Made by a program: the position numbers and the translations under genes
The notes under the pieces: model-generated
Seen by the model: the letters and a program-made list of their open reading frames with translations, nothing else
Databases searched by the model: none
Told to the model about the DNA's origin: nothing
In this document: piece by piece, positions 25,291 through 38,199 of the stretch
How the letters are laid out: each line of letters opens with the position of its first letter
Position numbering within the stretch: position 1 is the first letter of the stretch
From: Laetmonice hystrix
Taxonomy: Eukaryota
Assembly: GCA_965235115.1 (NCBI GenBank)
Contig: OZ249436.1
Coordinates: 11,038,001-11,098,000, forward strand
Reading direction: 5' to 3'
DNA: 60,000 nucleotides

Positions 25291-25707
25291 AGAACTAGAC
25301 TGATTGAGGTGTCGGCCGACAGGTGGCGGGTTGGGGATTCAACATGTGACACCGATACCCGGACCGTGAAATATCGACCATTGGACGTCCACCTTTATGT
25401 GACTATAACTATAAATTACTACATCTGACGTTTAGAGTCTGGCCGTTTATATATTAACCCGACCACCAGTGAATGAACACCTCAGTGTCCACTCGCTGGC
25501 GGGTAGATGTCCGGCTGGTGGTGGTCATTGAGTGACCAGACCGTCGCTCGGCCAGCGCCCTCACCGTCTCCCCGGGACCCCCTACCGCCGGTGTCCAGCC
25601 AACTGTCACACAGCGTGACGACCTCTTCCATCATATCGGTCATTTATTGACACCCGAACCGAGATGGAGAGAATTCGGAGAATCTCCTGACATACTCAAT
25701 GTTCACG

Positions 25708-25890
25708 GTGACCTTTCTATGAGATCAACAACAACAAAATCCACAATCCTTGTCATCTACCAGTTACCTGACCATTCCGGTGGCTGGGAAGGTTAGAATT
25801 CATGGTGACCTTTCTATGAGATCAACAACAACAAAATCTACAATCCTTGTCATAGTTACCTGACCATTCCGGTGGCTGGGAGGGTTAAAA
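25708..25890. repeat. ~96-bp tandem duplication
   Basis: gtgacctttctatgagatcaacaacaacaaaatc...ggctggga occurs twice. Confidence 0.85.
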
Positions 25891-26228
25891 TTACTTCCTG
25901 ACACCACGTCAGTCATTCCTATGTCATGTGGGACCAAATTTTCTGAATCCTGCAGACTCAGTATAAACGACCCCAAAATCCGCTGTATAATTTAGTGGAT
26001 AAACCTGACCATAGCATGACGGATCAGTGCAGGGGAAAGTCTGGGATAGATGGATATGATAAATGGATACATATGTCACCGAGTCGTACCTTGGACAACC
26101 AGTCGTCACCGACCGTCCACACTCACAGTACGTACCCACTCGCACGTCAGTCCCAACGTAAGCACTCCCCCCCCCCCCCCAAAAAAAAAAAAAAAGAGAG
26201 AGCGAAGAAATCCGAGTTCCTTACTTGC

Positions 26229-26353
26229 CTGAAGTTGCGAGTCTCCATCAAAGTCATCCAATGACTCAAATCGGAGCATGACCTGACTAGTTTAGCTCTG
26301 TCATTAACTGGTTCGACAACCCCGACTTTGGTTCTGGTGATTACCTCCATCAT
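26229..26353 (-). CDS. Candidate alternative first coding exon (MMEVITRTKVGVVEPVNDRAKLVRSCSDLSHWMTLMETRNF[R/S])
   Basis: 41 codons + 2 nt ending at a consensus GC donor CAG|GCAAGT (phase 2). A competing GT donor 4 nt further (phase 0) also exists. The peptide looks protein-like (RSCSDL). Confidence 0.45.
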
Positions 26354-29097
26354 CCACAAACTCGGTGTTGAGATCACTCTCTGCCTGCAGCTACTGTTAG
26401 TCTGGCCATGTTAGCGGGTCAGTTTCCCGGACCGCCTTACCTACGGCTCCAGACACCAATGTTTACCGCAGATTTCACACAGTATCATCTCACCCTGAAG
26501 GCGTTCACACATCAAATGTGTCAACATTTTAATGTGAATAATGACACAAATAGATTGTGACATACATCAATCTAGATATGAGGAATTAAGAAGAGAAACG
26601 TCTGGGTTGTGATTTACTTCATTCTAATTAGCTTAGCCTTTATAAAGACGAACCCTGACAGACGGTAGGCCAACTCTGCGTGATCACCGTCAAATTACAT
26701 ACCTTCACCACACTGCCCTCTGGTGGCTGACAATGATTCTACTACATTTGTATTTATGCGTTATGCACCCGTTTGGACTCTCAGCATCCTCTGACAAGGA
26801 TGATTCTTATAGTGATGTATATATGTGATATTGTCTAATGGGTCTTTCAGCTGAAGCACTAAAACCATTCTAAAAGAACAGTCCACATATTGGCAGTAAT
26901 GCAGAGAGCTACATGTTTTGTTTCGTCCTCTATACTGTCAGATCAGATTGGACCCATTAGATAGAACATCTTTGCTTCCAGAAATAGGATTTCAGCTCGG
27001 AGACGTGCATTTATCAGTTTAATATTGAAGTACACTTTATAAAAGAGGTGCCAGCTAGTTTACATATTGAAGTACACTTTATAAAAGAGGTGCCAGCCAA
27101 TTTGTACATCAGCACGTCTTGTCGTTTGGTGTGTGTCTCGTTCCGACTCCTTCAACTACTTCTAACACACAGGTATACCGACCTCAGCCTGACCATAAAC
27201 CAGGTCACTGGTTGACTGTCGACCATGGTAGTAACCTGACCTAGGTTAGAACCAATACCATCTCTGCGGGGCGTTAAAAATCTCTCTTCTAGTTTTAGTG
27301 TGGGTTACTGTGGAGGAGTCTCCGATAAGTCCCGGCGTCCCTTTCTTCCAGCCAATCAGATTCTGCCGTGGAGGAGAGAGAAAATGTCAGGTAGCAGCTG
27401 GCGAGTACACACGGGACAATGTACATACCCAGCGTACTGATAGCCAGTGAGTGACATATGGCTGGTTACTTGATATAGACTCCTGGAACTTCACATCCTG
27501 AGGCCGACAATCCCAAGGTTAAAGGTCACTGCCAATCATTTTCCTGCAGATTGAAGTTTTCTCATTAAGTCGTTTCTAGGATGACATATCATACAACTCA
27601 GTGGTGCCTTTTCTGAAACTCGAATCAATATATAATAACCCCCCCCCCCCCTTTCCTTGGTAACTTTATATTGTAACCGGCGGCTGATAAAAAACTGAGA
27701 AGAGTAATGAGTTTTTCTTCCTTTTTTTCTTTTTTGACTGCTGAACTTCGTGATGCCGAGATATTTTTCCGTTCAGTCATTCTCCCACCCTGACCTCAGT
27801 CCCCCATTCCCCTCCGCCGACCCCCAGTGGTCCAGGCAGCCTGGAGAAGCCCGGAAGGATCCCCTCACGTCAACCTCACAGTTATTTTTTGTCTCTCTCC
27901 TCGACGTCACTGTTCCCACGAGTGTCTGTTTTCACAAAGCCTGCAGCTAGTAGGAGTTTTATCAGATCAGTCAGCTGCTGTATTCTGGTGTAGTCGATAC
28001 AACACGCGACCAGTATTGTTTCATAGATACAACGTTACAAGGGATACCGGGGTACCTTACGTTCTTGCAGCTGTTGCTTCAAAGAATATTTTCGCTTAAA
28101 ACCACAAACATTTTGAGTGTACGTAAGGAACAACTCTAGACTACGAATCAATAATTTAATTACGCTTTGCCTCCTTATCGTGAATGTAATTGAAGCGAAA
28201 TTCATGGCCTCATACATCCTTACAAGTGGCCCTTTTTTCACGTTTAAATTCCCGCACCATTACTGATTTTACTACTCTTTATTTTTGTATTGGGTTACGT
28301 TTACTGTAGGCTTTACAGCTTTGGCTTATTATTGTGACGCGCCATAAGGCAAATATGGAGCCTATAATTTCAGGTTAGGCAAACAGAGCGTCTGTTTCCA
28401 GGGGAGGGGGTGGGCGGGAGCAGCACTCTGACCCATGGTAGCTCACGCAATAGTGGTTCATCCCGGGTTATGTACTCTTGTATGTTTCCTATTGCTGCTA
28501 TACGGTCAGTTTATGATCAATAGTCACGGAAACCATTATAAGTCGAGGTAACCACACCAAAACACGCAACCCGTTTACGTCCTATATCTCTGACAGAGAC
28601 TGAGAGAGGGTCCAGGATGTAAACGTCTTCATGGTAACTAGGATGTCAACATAACTAAACTAATAACAACGAAATGACAAGGTCCTTAAAATGTAGTTAG
28701 TAAAGTCTCATTTGATCACATACTAGTACATCAGTATATTCATAACATTCAATTCATCCTGAGCTCGGGATGCCCAAGCTACCCGCACTAGAACCTAAAT
28801 AAAGGTAGTCCGCCTCAATTCATAAAAATAAAAAAAGTTGCTATGACCAGCTATCTTATAGAAAACGACATTCACCTTAAAAATTGGTAAACATAGTCTC
28901 CGTGAAAGTCACTCTCACCAGGACAATGCCTGCGATGATTCATGACTACCAAATCTCAGAAATGTGCACATTACCTCATTGTTCACCTAAGTATCTACCT
29001 ATATATACTGATAATGTCAGATTACATGAAAGTTTACTCAAGTAGGAGACAAAGCACATTCTCAGTTCTCAAAGGCCTCAATGTAGGTCAGGCTTAC

Positions 29098-29135
29098 TTG
29101 TGGACGATGACTGGTCTTAGCACCCTGTCCTCCAT
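29098..29135 (-). CDS. Candidate alternative first coding exon (MEDRVLRPVIVH[K/N])
   Basis: ACAATGG start context, 12 codons + 2 nt, strong donor AA|GTAAGC (phase 2). Upstream TATA/Inr present. Confidence 0.55.
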
Positions 29136-29493
29136 TGTGGCCGGTGTCGGGGCATTCTGTGCGGACTTGTCTCCGGTCTGTATCTATGTGTGAGGCCGAC
29201 TCTAGTCCTCCTAACACTCCCAGCCCTGCCACCACAACATGTGCGACACGGATCTCACTAGGCTCGCGCCTGGAGCATGGGATCCTCACATCACCACTAC
29301 TATTACTCCAGTGTATGGAGGTCCTGGAGCATCTTCCAGTGCATCCCTCCAGGTGCCAGATGTCGGTGGAGTTCTCCTGCGAGCACCACACACCCACTCT
29401 CTCTGTCTCTCACTCAGTTTCCCACTTTCCACTCCGTGTCCGTCGGCTGGTTCTCTCTCAGTTTTTACTTTCTCTCACCGAGGGGCAGCTGGG

Positions 29494-29525
29494 TCTGAGG
29501 ACACCACCCTCCCACCTCCTCTATA
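29494..29525 (-). promoter_or_regulatory. Possible TATA-like box + initiator (TSS ~29496) next to a GA-rich tract
   Basis: TATAGA at 29525. The A of TCAGA is 29 nt downstream. Confidence 0.35.
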
Positions 29526-29868
29526 CGGACAACTGTCACCGTGCTCTGTCCGCCGTCCGCCGCCACGGCCTTTTTTCTCCCTCTCTCTCTCTCCACATCA
29601 TTATATCCAACCTAAATAGAGACAGTGTGCCCATCATAAACTGGGTTTATTTTGTCCTTTTTCGATTTTCGCAGTACGATTTGCTGCATTTGGTCAGAAA
29701 ATGAATAAGTTGAGGGGAATTCCTCCAAAACAGTAAGAGTGTCTGTGAAATATAGACCACAGGCCGGACAACTTTCTCACCTGTTCAGGTGTCGTTGTTT
29801 ATCTCACCTTTCTCACGCCGCTACTTATGGATTAACGTAATATGTATGCGTTCTTTGCCAACTAATCA

Positions 29869-30081
29869 TCTCATACCAAGCGGAACATTCAGCTAGGACA
29901 ACACTACACCATGAACACTGGAGAAAGGCAGAATGTTATGTCTTCTCCTAGCTACGTGAGCAAACGTCAGTACGTAAGGAACAACTCTCATACCAAGCGG
30001 AACATTCAGCTAGGACAACACTACACCATGAACACTGGAGAAAGGGAGAATGTCATGTCTTCTCCTAGCTACGTGAGCAAA
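29869..30081. repeat. 117-bp tandem duplication
   Basis: tctcataccaagcggaacattcagctagg...agctacgtgagcaaac occurs twice. Confidence 0.9.
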
Positions 30082-30376
30082 CCTTATCTACCTGTTCCAT
30101 GACATGTCCCTGACTGCCCCAGGAACTTTTACAGAAACCATATATCCAGTGCTCCGGAGTTCATTACCCATGACTGCAAGCCATCAGTTCTTTTCGAAGC
30201 TGAACCTGGGACCTACATCCAAGGAACTGCATCCATAAACTGCCTGAAGACATTATGTCCACCTAACTGTTGTCTTGGCAGCACGCAACACGTTCACCTA
30301 AAACTCTCCACAAGTCAACATGTTGGTATGGCATTGTGACCTCAAGTCTGTAATAACTAAGTAACCCGTTCTCGTA

Positions 30377-30859
30377 TGTACTGACCACCGACCAGACTGA
30401 CCACCGACCAGACTGACCACCGACCAAACTGACCACCGATTCCTCAGGCAGTGGCTCAGACTGGAGACATCAGTCTGGTCGGTGTACTGACCACCGACCG
30501 GACTGACCACCGACCAGACTGACCACCGACCAGACTGACCACCGACCAGACTGACCACCGACCAGACTGACCACCGACCAGACTGACCGCCGACCAGACT
30601 GACCACCGACCAGACTGACCACCGACCAGACTGACCAACGACCAGACTGACCGCCGACCAGACTGACCACCGACCAGACTGACCACCGACCAGACTGACC
30701 ACCGACCAGACTGACCACCGATTCCTCAGGCAGTGGCTCAGACTGGAGACATCAGTCTGGTCGGTGTACTGACCACCGACCAGACTGACCAACGACCAGA
30801 CTGACCACCGACCAAACTGACCACCGATTCCTCAGGCAGTGGCTCCGACTGGAGACATC
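30377..30859. repeat. Composite repeat: runs of a 16-bp unit (ccaccgaccagactga) separated by a constant ~47-bp block, three higher-order copies
   Basis: The block ttcctcaggcagtggctcagactggagacatc appears at ~30440, ~30722 and ~30828, with different numbers of 16-mers between copies. Confidence 0.9.
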
Positions 30860-31406
30860 TAACGTAGTCAGTGTTCACTGGTCAGTGTGCAGGCGCCTGC
30901 CCCCCAGGCCCGCCGACAAGAGGGCCAATCTCCTCGTCTTTTGTCCTATGGAGATCTAGAGGACTGCCACAATTTGTTTAATTTAATGCAACATTTTCTT
31001 TAGTAACAAAAACTGTCCAATTATTTTTTCTTATGGGGTTTGTTTAATCTGGATTGACTTTTCTGTGCCCGACTGTACGGTTTCCGGTTACAGGGACCCT
31101 AGTGTTTGGGTTTGTGTATCAACACTGTGGACACTTTACTCCGTAATTAACGGAAATCAATCCTGTCTTTCTCTTCTAAATTGTCGCCTTTTCTGACATT
31201 TCTGACACCAATTGAAGTAACTTCCGGTACAAGATTTCTCACTGACTGCCAGCGGCCACATAAATAAATACATAACATACTATGCATGACCTCAGGCTCA
31301 TTTCTAATGATCTGCTGATCATAATCCCCCATGGCAATAAACTATGACCACTGACCTGCTCTCCTATAACTTAGACTTTACCGCCAGATTCAGGTACCAT
31401 AACCAG

Positions 31407-34400
31407 ATGGTTGAATGGTACCGTTTGAACCCCTGGGACCTATCCACAGGTTTCATGTCTGGGTCAGGTTGTGGTTGAATGGTACCGTTTGAACCCCTGG
31501 GACCTATCCACAGGTTTCATGTCCGGGTCAGGTTGACTGGTTGAATGGTACCGTTTGAACCCCTGGGACCTATCCACAGGTTTCATGTCCGGGTCAGGTT
31601 GACTGGTTGAATGGTACCGTTTGAACCCCTGGGACCTATCCACAGGTTTCATGTCCGGGTCAGGTTGACTGGTTGAATGGTACCGTTTGAACCCCTGGGA
31701 CCTATCCACAGGTTTCATGTCCGGGTCAGGTTGTGGTTGAATGGTACCGTATGAACCCCTGGGACCTATCCACAGGTTTCATGTCTGGGTCAGGTTGACT
31801 GGTTGAATGGTACCGTTTGAACCCCTGGGACCTATCCACAGGTTTCATGTCCGGGTCAGGTTGACTGGTTGAATGGTACCGTTTGAACCCCTGGGACCTA
31901 TCCACAGGTTTCATGTCCGGGTCAGGTTGACTGGTTGAATGGTACCGTTTGAACCCCTGGGACCTATCCACAGGTTTCATGTCTGGGTCAGGTTGACTGG
32001 TTGAATGGTACCGTTTGAACCCCTGGGACCTATCCACAGGTTTCATGTCTGGGTCAGGTTGACTGGTTGAATGGTACCGTTTGAACCCCTGGGACCTATC
32101 CACAGGTTTCATGTCCGGGTCAGGTTGACTGGTTGAATGGTACCGTTTGAACCCCTGGGACCTATCCACAGGTTTCATGCCCGGGTCAGGTTGACTGGTT
32201 GAATGGTACCGTTTGAACCCCTGGGACCTATCCACAGGTTTCATGTCCGGGTCAGGTTGACTGGTTGAATGGTACAGTTTGAACCCCTGGGACCTATCCA
32301 CAGGTTTCATGTCTGGGTCAGGTTGACTGGTTGAATGGTACCGTTTGAACCCCTGGGACCTATCCACAGGTTTCATGTCCGGGTCAGGTTGACTGGTTGA
32401 ATGGTACAGTTTGAACCCCTGGGACCTATCCACAGGTTTCATGTCCGGGTCAGGTTGACTGGTTGAATGGTACCGTTTGAACCCCTGGGACCTATCCACA
32501 GGTTTCGTGTCCGGGTCAGGTTGACTGGTTGAATGGTACCGTTTGAACCCCTGGGACCTATCCACAGGTTTCATGTCTGGGTCAGGTTGACTGGTTGAAT
32601 GGTACCGTTTGAACCCCTGGGACCTATCCACAGGTTTCATGTCCGGGTCAGGTTGACTGGTTGAATGGTACCGTTTGAACCCCTGGGACCTATCCACAGG
32701 TTTCATGTCCGGGTCAGGTTGACTGGTTGAATGGTACCGTTTGAACCCCTGGGACCTATCCACAGGTTTCATGTCCGGGTCAGGTTGACTGGTTGAATGG
32801 TACCGTTTGAACCCCTGGGACCTATCCACAGGTTTCATGTCCGGGTCAGGTTGACTGGTTGAATGGTACCGTTTGAACCCCTGGGACCTATCCACAGGTT
32901 TCATGTCCGGGTCAGGTTGACTGGTTGAATGGTACCGTTTGAATCCCTGGGACCTATCCACAGGTTTCATGTCCGGGTCATGTTGACTGGTTGAATGGTA
33001 CCGTTTGAACCCCTGGGACCTATCCACAGGTTTCATGTCCGGGTCAGGTTGACTGGTTGAATGGTACCGTTTGAACCCCTGGGACCTATCCACAGGTTTC
33101 ATGTCCGGGTCAGGTTGACTGGTTGAATGGTACCGTTTGAACCCCTGGGACCTATCCACAGGTTTCATGTCTGGGTCAGGTTGACTGGTTGAATGGTACC
33201 GTTTGAACCCCTGGGACCTATCCACAGGTTTCATGTCCGGGTCAGGTTGACTGGTTGAATGGTACCGTTTGAACCCCTGGGACCTATCCACAGGTTTCAT
33301 GTCTGGGTCAGGTTGACTGGTTGAATGGTACCGTTTGAACCCCTGGGACCTATCCACAGGTTTCATGTCCGGGTCAGGTTGACTGGTTGAATGGTACCGT
33401 TTGAACCCCTGGGACCTATCCACAGGTTTCATGCCCGGGTCAGGTTGACTGGTTGAATGGTACCGTTTGAACCCCTGGGACCTATCCACAGGTTTCATGT
33501 CTGGGTCAGGTTGACTGGTTGAATGGTACCGTTTGAACCCCTGGGACCTATCCACAGGTTTCATGTCCGGGTCAGGTTGACTGGTTGAATGGTACAGTTT
33601 GAACCCCTGGGACCTATCCACAGGTTTCATGTCTGGGCCAGGTTGACTGGTTGAATGGTACCGTTTGAACCCCTGGGACCTATCCACAGGTTTCATGTCT
33701 GGGTCAGGTTGACTGGTTGAATGGTACCGTTTGAACCCCTGGGACCTATCCACAGGTTTCATGTCCGGGTCAGGTTGACTGGTTGAATGGTACCGTTTGA
33801 ACCCCTGGGACCTATCCACAGGTTTCATGTCCGGGTCAGGTTGACTGGTTGAATGGTACCGTTTGAACCCCTGGGACCTATCCACAGGTTTCATGTCTGG
33901 GTCAGGTTGACTGGTTGAATGGTACCGTTTGAACCCCTGGGACCTATCCACAGGTTTCATGTCCGGGTCAGGTTGACTGGTTGAATGGTACCGTTTGAAC
34001 CCCTGGGACCTATCCACAGGTTTCATGCCCGGGTCAGGTTGACTGGTTGAATGGTACCGTTTGAACCCCTGGGACCTATCCACAGGTTTCATGTCTGGGT
34101 CAGGTTGACTGGTTGAATGGTACCGTTTGAACCCCTGGGACCTATCCACAGGTTTCATGTCCGGGTCAGGTTGACTGGTTGAATGGTACAGTTTGAACCC
34201 CTGGGACCTATCCACAGGTTTCATGTCTGGGCCAGGTTGACTGGTTGAATGGTACCGTTTGAACCCCTGGGACCTATCCACAGGTTTCGTGTCCGGGTCA
34301 GGTTGACTGGTTGAATGGTACCGTTTGAACCCCTGGGACCTATCCACAGGTTTCATGTCCGGGTCAGGTTGACTGGTTGAATGGTACCGTTTGAACCCCT

Positions 34401-34645
34401 GGGACCTATCCACAGGTTTACTGACAGTCAGGTACCGTAACGAGACTGGTTGAATGGTACCGTTTGAACCCCTGGGACCTATCCACAGGTTTCATGTCCG
34501 GGTCAGGTTGACTGGTTGAATGGTACCGTTTGAACCCCTGGGACCTATCCACAGGTTTCATGTCTGGGTCAGGTTGACTGGTTGAATGGTACCGCTGGAA
34601 CCCCTGGGACCTATCCACAGGTTTCATGTCCGGGTTAAGTTGACT
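31407..34645. repeat. 66-bp satellite/minisatellite (~48 copies)
   Basis: Tandem ggttgactggttgaatggtaccgtttgaacccctgggacctatccacaggtttcatgtccgggtca. It generates the 895-aa ORF with a 22-aa period. Confidence 0.97.
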
Positions 34646-35299
34646 GCAGCATGAATCTAGTCGCTGCACAGTAACGGCACCATTCTGATGGCTGCACTAT
34701 GACAGAATTGTGTTAACTTGATGTGGGCCGTAGGCTGAGTGTCACTGACCGGACAACCACCCGTCCTGGCCACTGACAGCTGCGCAGAATGAAGAGAAAA
34801 TTGATCTCTCTTGCCACGTACCTCTTCCACTAATGGATTATCATTAGTTCCTCCATACCGTTCGCTTTCCAATACAATTGATAGTTTAAACACCACTACC
34901 CCCTCAGTCCTTCAGTATAGACCTAATGGTGCCTGAACTGAAGTATGTCCATGCCAAAGTGGCTTAACACCCGGCCCCTCAAAACAAACAAACAAAAAGG
35001 AAGAAACAGAAAGAAAAAAGACGAAAAAGAGGACAATGTCTGGACCAGACTTAAACAGATGCGTATATTTTTTGTTTGCTTTAATATAAATTTACATTTG
35101 ATGACATTTTCATGTACATGCAAATTATATTATGTTACCCTACCTTCGCCGAGTGAGTTCAACCTCTTAAATCACGATCACACCTTTAACGAAACTCAGG
35201 TCAGGAATTGCCTACTTGAATTAAAACACTAGAAACACTACAAGGTCTGCAAGGTGTCGAGATATCGAGTGAATGAACAAGAAGAATGGAAGGTCTTGC

Positions 35300-35379
35300 C
35301 TTTTGCGGCCGATGTTGAGTTGACTTTGTATCCAGGCCGACAGCAGCACATCCTGTACGTCCTGGGCCACGATCGACAT
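35300..35379 (-). CDS. Candidate alternative first coding exon (MSIVAQDVQDVLLSAWIQSQLNIGRK[R/S])
   Basis: GCGCCATG start, amphipathic helix-like peptide, 26 codons + 2 nt ending at a GC-type donor AAG|GCAAGA (phase 2). An in-frame upstream ATG lies at 35403. Confidence 0.5.
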
Positions 35380-35727
35380 GGCGCACGTCTCCTGTACAAC
35401 CATTTCATCAACTCCCTTCTCTCGGCGGCCACCACACCGTGCCTACTCCTCTATGGCACACAACTCCTTCAATGAGCCAAGTCCAACCACTCACACTAAA
35501 GTGGAGCTCACCAAGTCCCTCCACTCAAACTAAGGTGGAGCCAGCTGAAGTGGATGACAGTCAAACAGGGACGGGTGTCCCTCTGCTTTCTGTTCTCAGT
35601 CTCCTCGGAACAGTATGGTTTCACTCCTGGAGAAAAGTCCTCTCAAATATTGGAAAGCTGACATTGCAGAAAGAGGTACCTTTCCTCGGTGATGAAGCAC
35701 TGCACTGCTCCTCTTCATCTCTGTCCC

Positions 35728-35759
35728 ACTGGTGGTAGCGCTCCATTGTGTGATATATA
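35728..35759 (-). promoter_or_regulatory. TATA box + initiator (TSS ~35730)
   Basis: TATATA at 35759. The A of CCAGT is 29 nt downstream. Lies upstream of the 35379 ATG. Confidence 0.45.
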
Positions 35760-38199
35760 GACAGCCTTGGATACTGGATGATCCCCAACCCTTTCTACCT
35801 GTCAGCCTGCTGCAGCACGAGTCAGCGTTCCGTAATTACCAGCACAACACTACAAATCTCAAACCACCGGTAAATACAAGTCATCAAACTTAGAGCTGCA
35901 CAACGTCAGGCGTGACACGTCCGCATCTAATTCTATAGGAAACCTCATCAACTAAAGAAAACGACAGCCCGGAATTATAATTTGCTATGAACGATACCGT
36001 CCCAGAAATAATGCGACTATCAATATCTCAGTAGTGATATTAAATATAGACAATGCTGCTTCCGTCGTCCTTTGACATTTGCGCCCCCCCCCCCCCACCC
36101 AAACCGTCTTAGTTTAGACTTGCTTTAATACCGAAATGGACATAATTACGGAGTTCCCACGCATAGTCCTCCCATTTGAGCTAAAATAAAATAACTATCC
36201 CCAAATTAGAATTTAGTTTGACATAATATTATTGGGTAGCTGTCGTACTGTCCATGGCCTGATGGAGACATCCTGGTTGTGAGTTGGTAGTTGGATCTAT
36301 CGAACTGTTGCCAGTTCTCCACGGCAACCATTTTGCCTCAGTTCTGATTTCCCTGGCTGCTCATCAATACCATTAATGCCGCATACATCTCGAGTGAAGG
36401 TCACGGCCCCGCTATTGACCCAGGGTCCCTCTTGTAAAGTCTGTCTCAGCAGACCTGTCAGCAGACCATGCTGCTGCTTTGTCGTGTCATATCGGAAGAA
36501 AAGTCCAAATTACAAATCACACCAATTTTTATCCATTGCCAGATAAAAAAGTGAAAATAAATTTGCTGCTGACAACAAAAGTCGTAATTGGACAGTTAGG
36601 AAGCGGATTGGTTAAAAATAGAATGCAGTTGATGATTTTGACTGAACAGAACAGAAATTCGACGCCAGACGGCCGCGGAAACTGTCCGGTCTCATTTAAA
36701 TGGAAATCGCTCTGCCTTGATGACCCATCTCCTTTGACAGCGCAATCCTTGTGGTCAATATAACTCTCTAGAACCTATCTAACGATACTCATCCCCTCAC
36801 CGTCATGCTTAAATCCCAGACTACACCATCTATTGCAGGTACACATTCAAAAGGTAGGAACTAATTTAAAACCTCTAAGAACCAATCTTTGTCAGTGCGA
36901 GTTAGGCGGTCCTGAAGCCGAGTCTCTGGCAGTGACCATGTGAGGACTTATTGGGTATCTTCAATCACGTCAGACAGCTTCAACAAGAACGTGCAAGACG
37001 ATTGGTTACAGACAACGTTTGATCCTGGCCACTCAGAGACTTTTATTCCGTGAATTATAGATGCCTACTGAAAGAGGCACTGTTTGCCAATAGAATCTTG
37101 CAAATCGTTAAAGAAGCACAATAGAAGTAGCAAGCCCCAGGAGAAACCCGTCTCTCTCCTAACGTAAGTTCTCAAACAGTTATTTAGAGCTATAATCCAC
37201 GATGAATGAACTTTATCACGACGGTCACATGGGTAAAATTATTCTAAAGATCTGTTGGTTTAAACAGATAAGATGGTTTCACAACGAGTCCTAGAGGGCG
37301 CCCCAAACCACTGTATAGGTCAGCCCTTAGGTCTGGGTGTCGGTTACCGTCAGAGGTCACTTGGGAGGTCACTATCCAAACCTGACATTACCTCTAATCT
37401 AGCATAAAACTCTCATCAAGACATCCCAACGGAGACCAGACCTGCATTCATCTAAATTAGCCAGACTCCCTGCGGCAAGGTCAGAGCGGGGCTTTTATTT
37501 AATAGTAACTGGTTAGAAATCTTCGTTTTACAAGACAAATATGAAAGCTAAACGTCGATGTCACGTACTTCACCACCAGGGGCCCCCACAGTTAACTTGG
37601 GCCCCTTCAAACTTCCCTACTGGGAACAATAATCCCATCTAACCTCTAACCTGACTCCACAGTAGACTTGGTTCCTAATTGGCTAATCATGCCTTCACTA
37701 AGTATCTCCTTACAGTTTCCGTGCCAAGAGAATATATCCATGGGATGTACAGATCTGTATAGCCTACCCACCAACATGACTGAAACACAACTAGTCGGTA
37801 CCCATCATCAAGTACTCGGCCTGAATCACGTCAGATATTGGTAATTCAGATGTAATTTGTTCTGGCTCAAGTCATATCAGGATAGAAACCCCATGTCAAG
37901 ATATTTGCAGCTTTAGTGACGACAATGGTGCAAATATTAAGAATTACAAATCTCTGGTTAAGCACATTGTGTCTCATTATTCAATTGCCCTAAAGTTTCT
38001 GTTCAACGTAGCAAGTACCATGCCGTAAGAACTACCGTACAATGTTGAACTGTTTAATCTAACCATACTGCATGCATAATCAACTGCAAACTTGTATAAG
38101 TAGAAGCTGGAATTAATTCTGATGCAAGAGATGGAAATATAAAATACCAAATCTGAATTACGGGCTGAAACTAACAAAAGCCATCCAGAACAACTGATA

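Noticed and set aside
23140..25428. 200-310-aa ORFs on both strands
   Set aside because: Read-through of the 42-bp array, with frameshifting variant units.
31726..34413. 895-aa ORF as a repetitive protein gene
   Set aside because: It is a pure 66-bp tandem repeat that happens to lack a stop in one frame. Frame-breaking units occur, and there is no unique N- or C-terminal domain or splice context.
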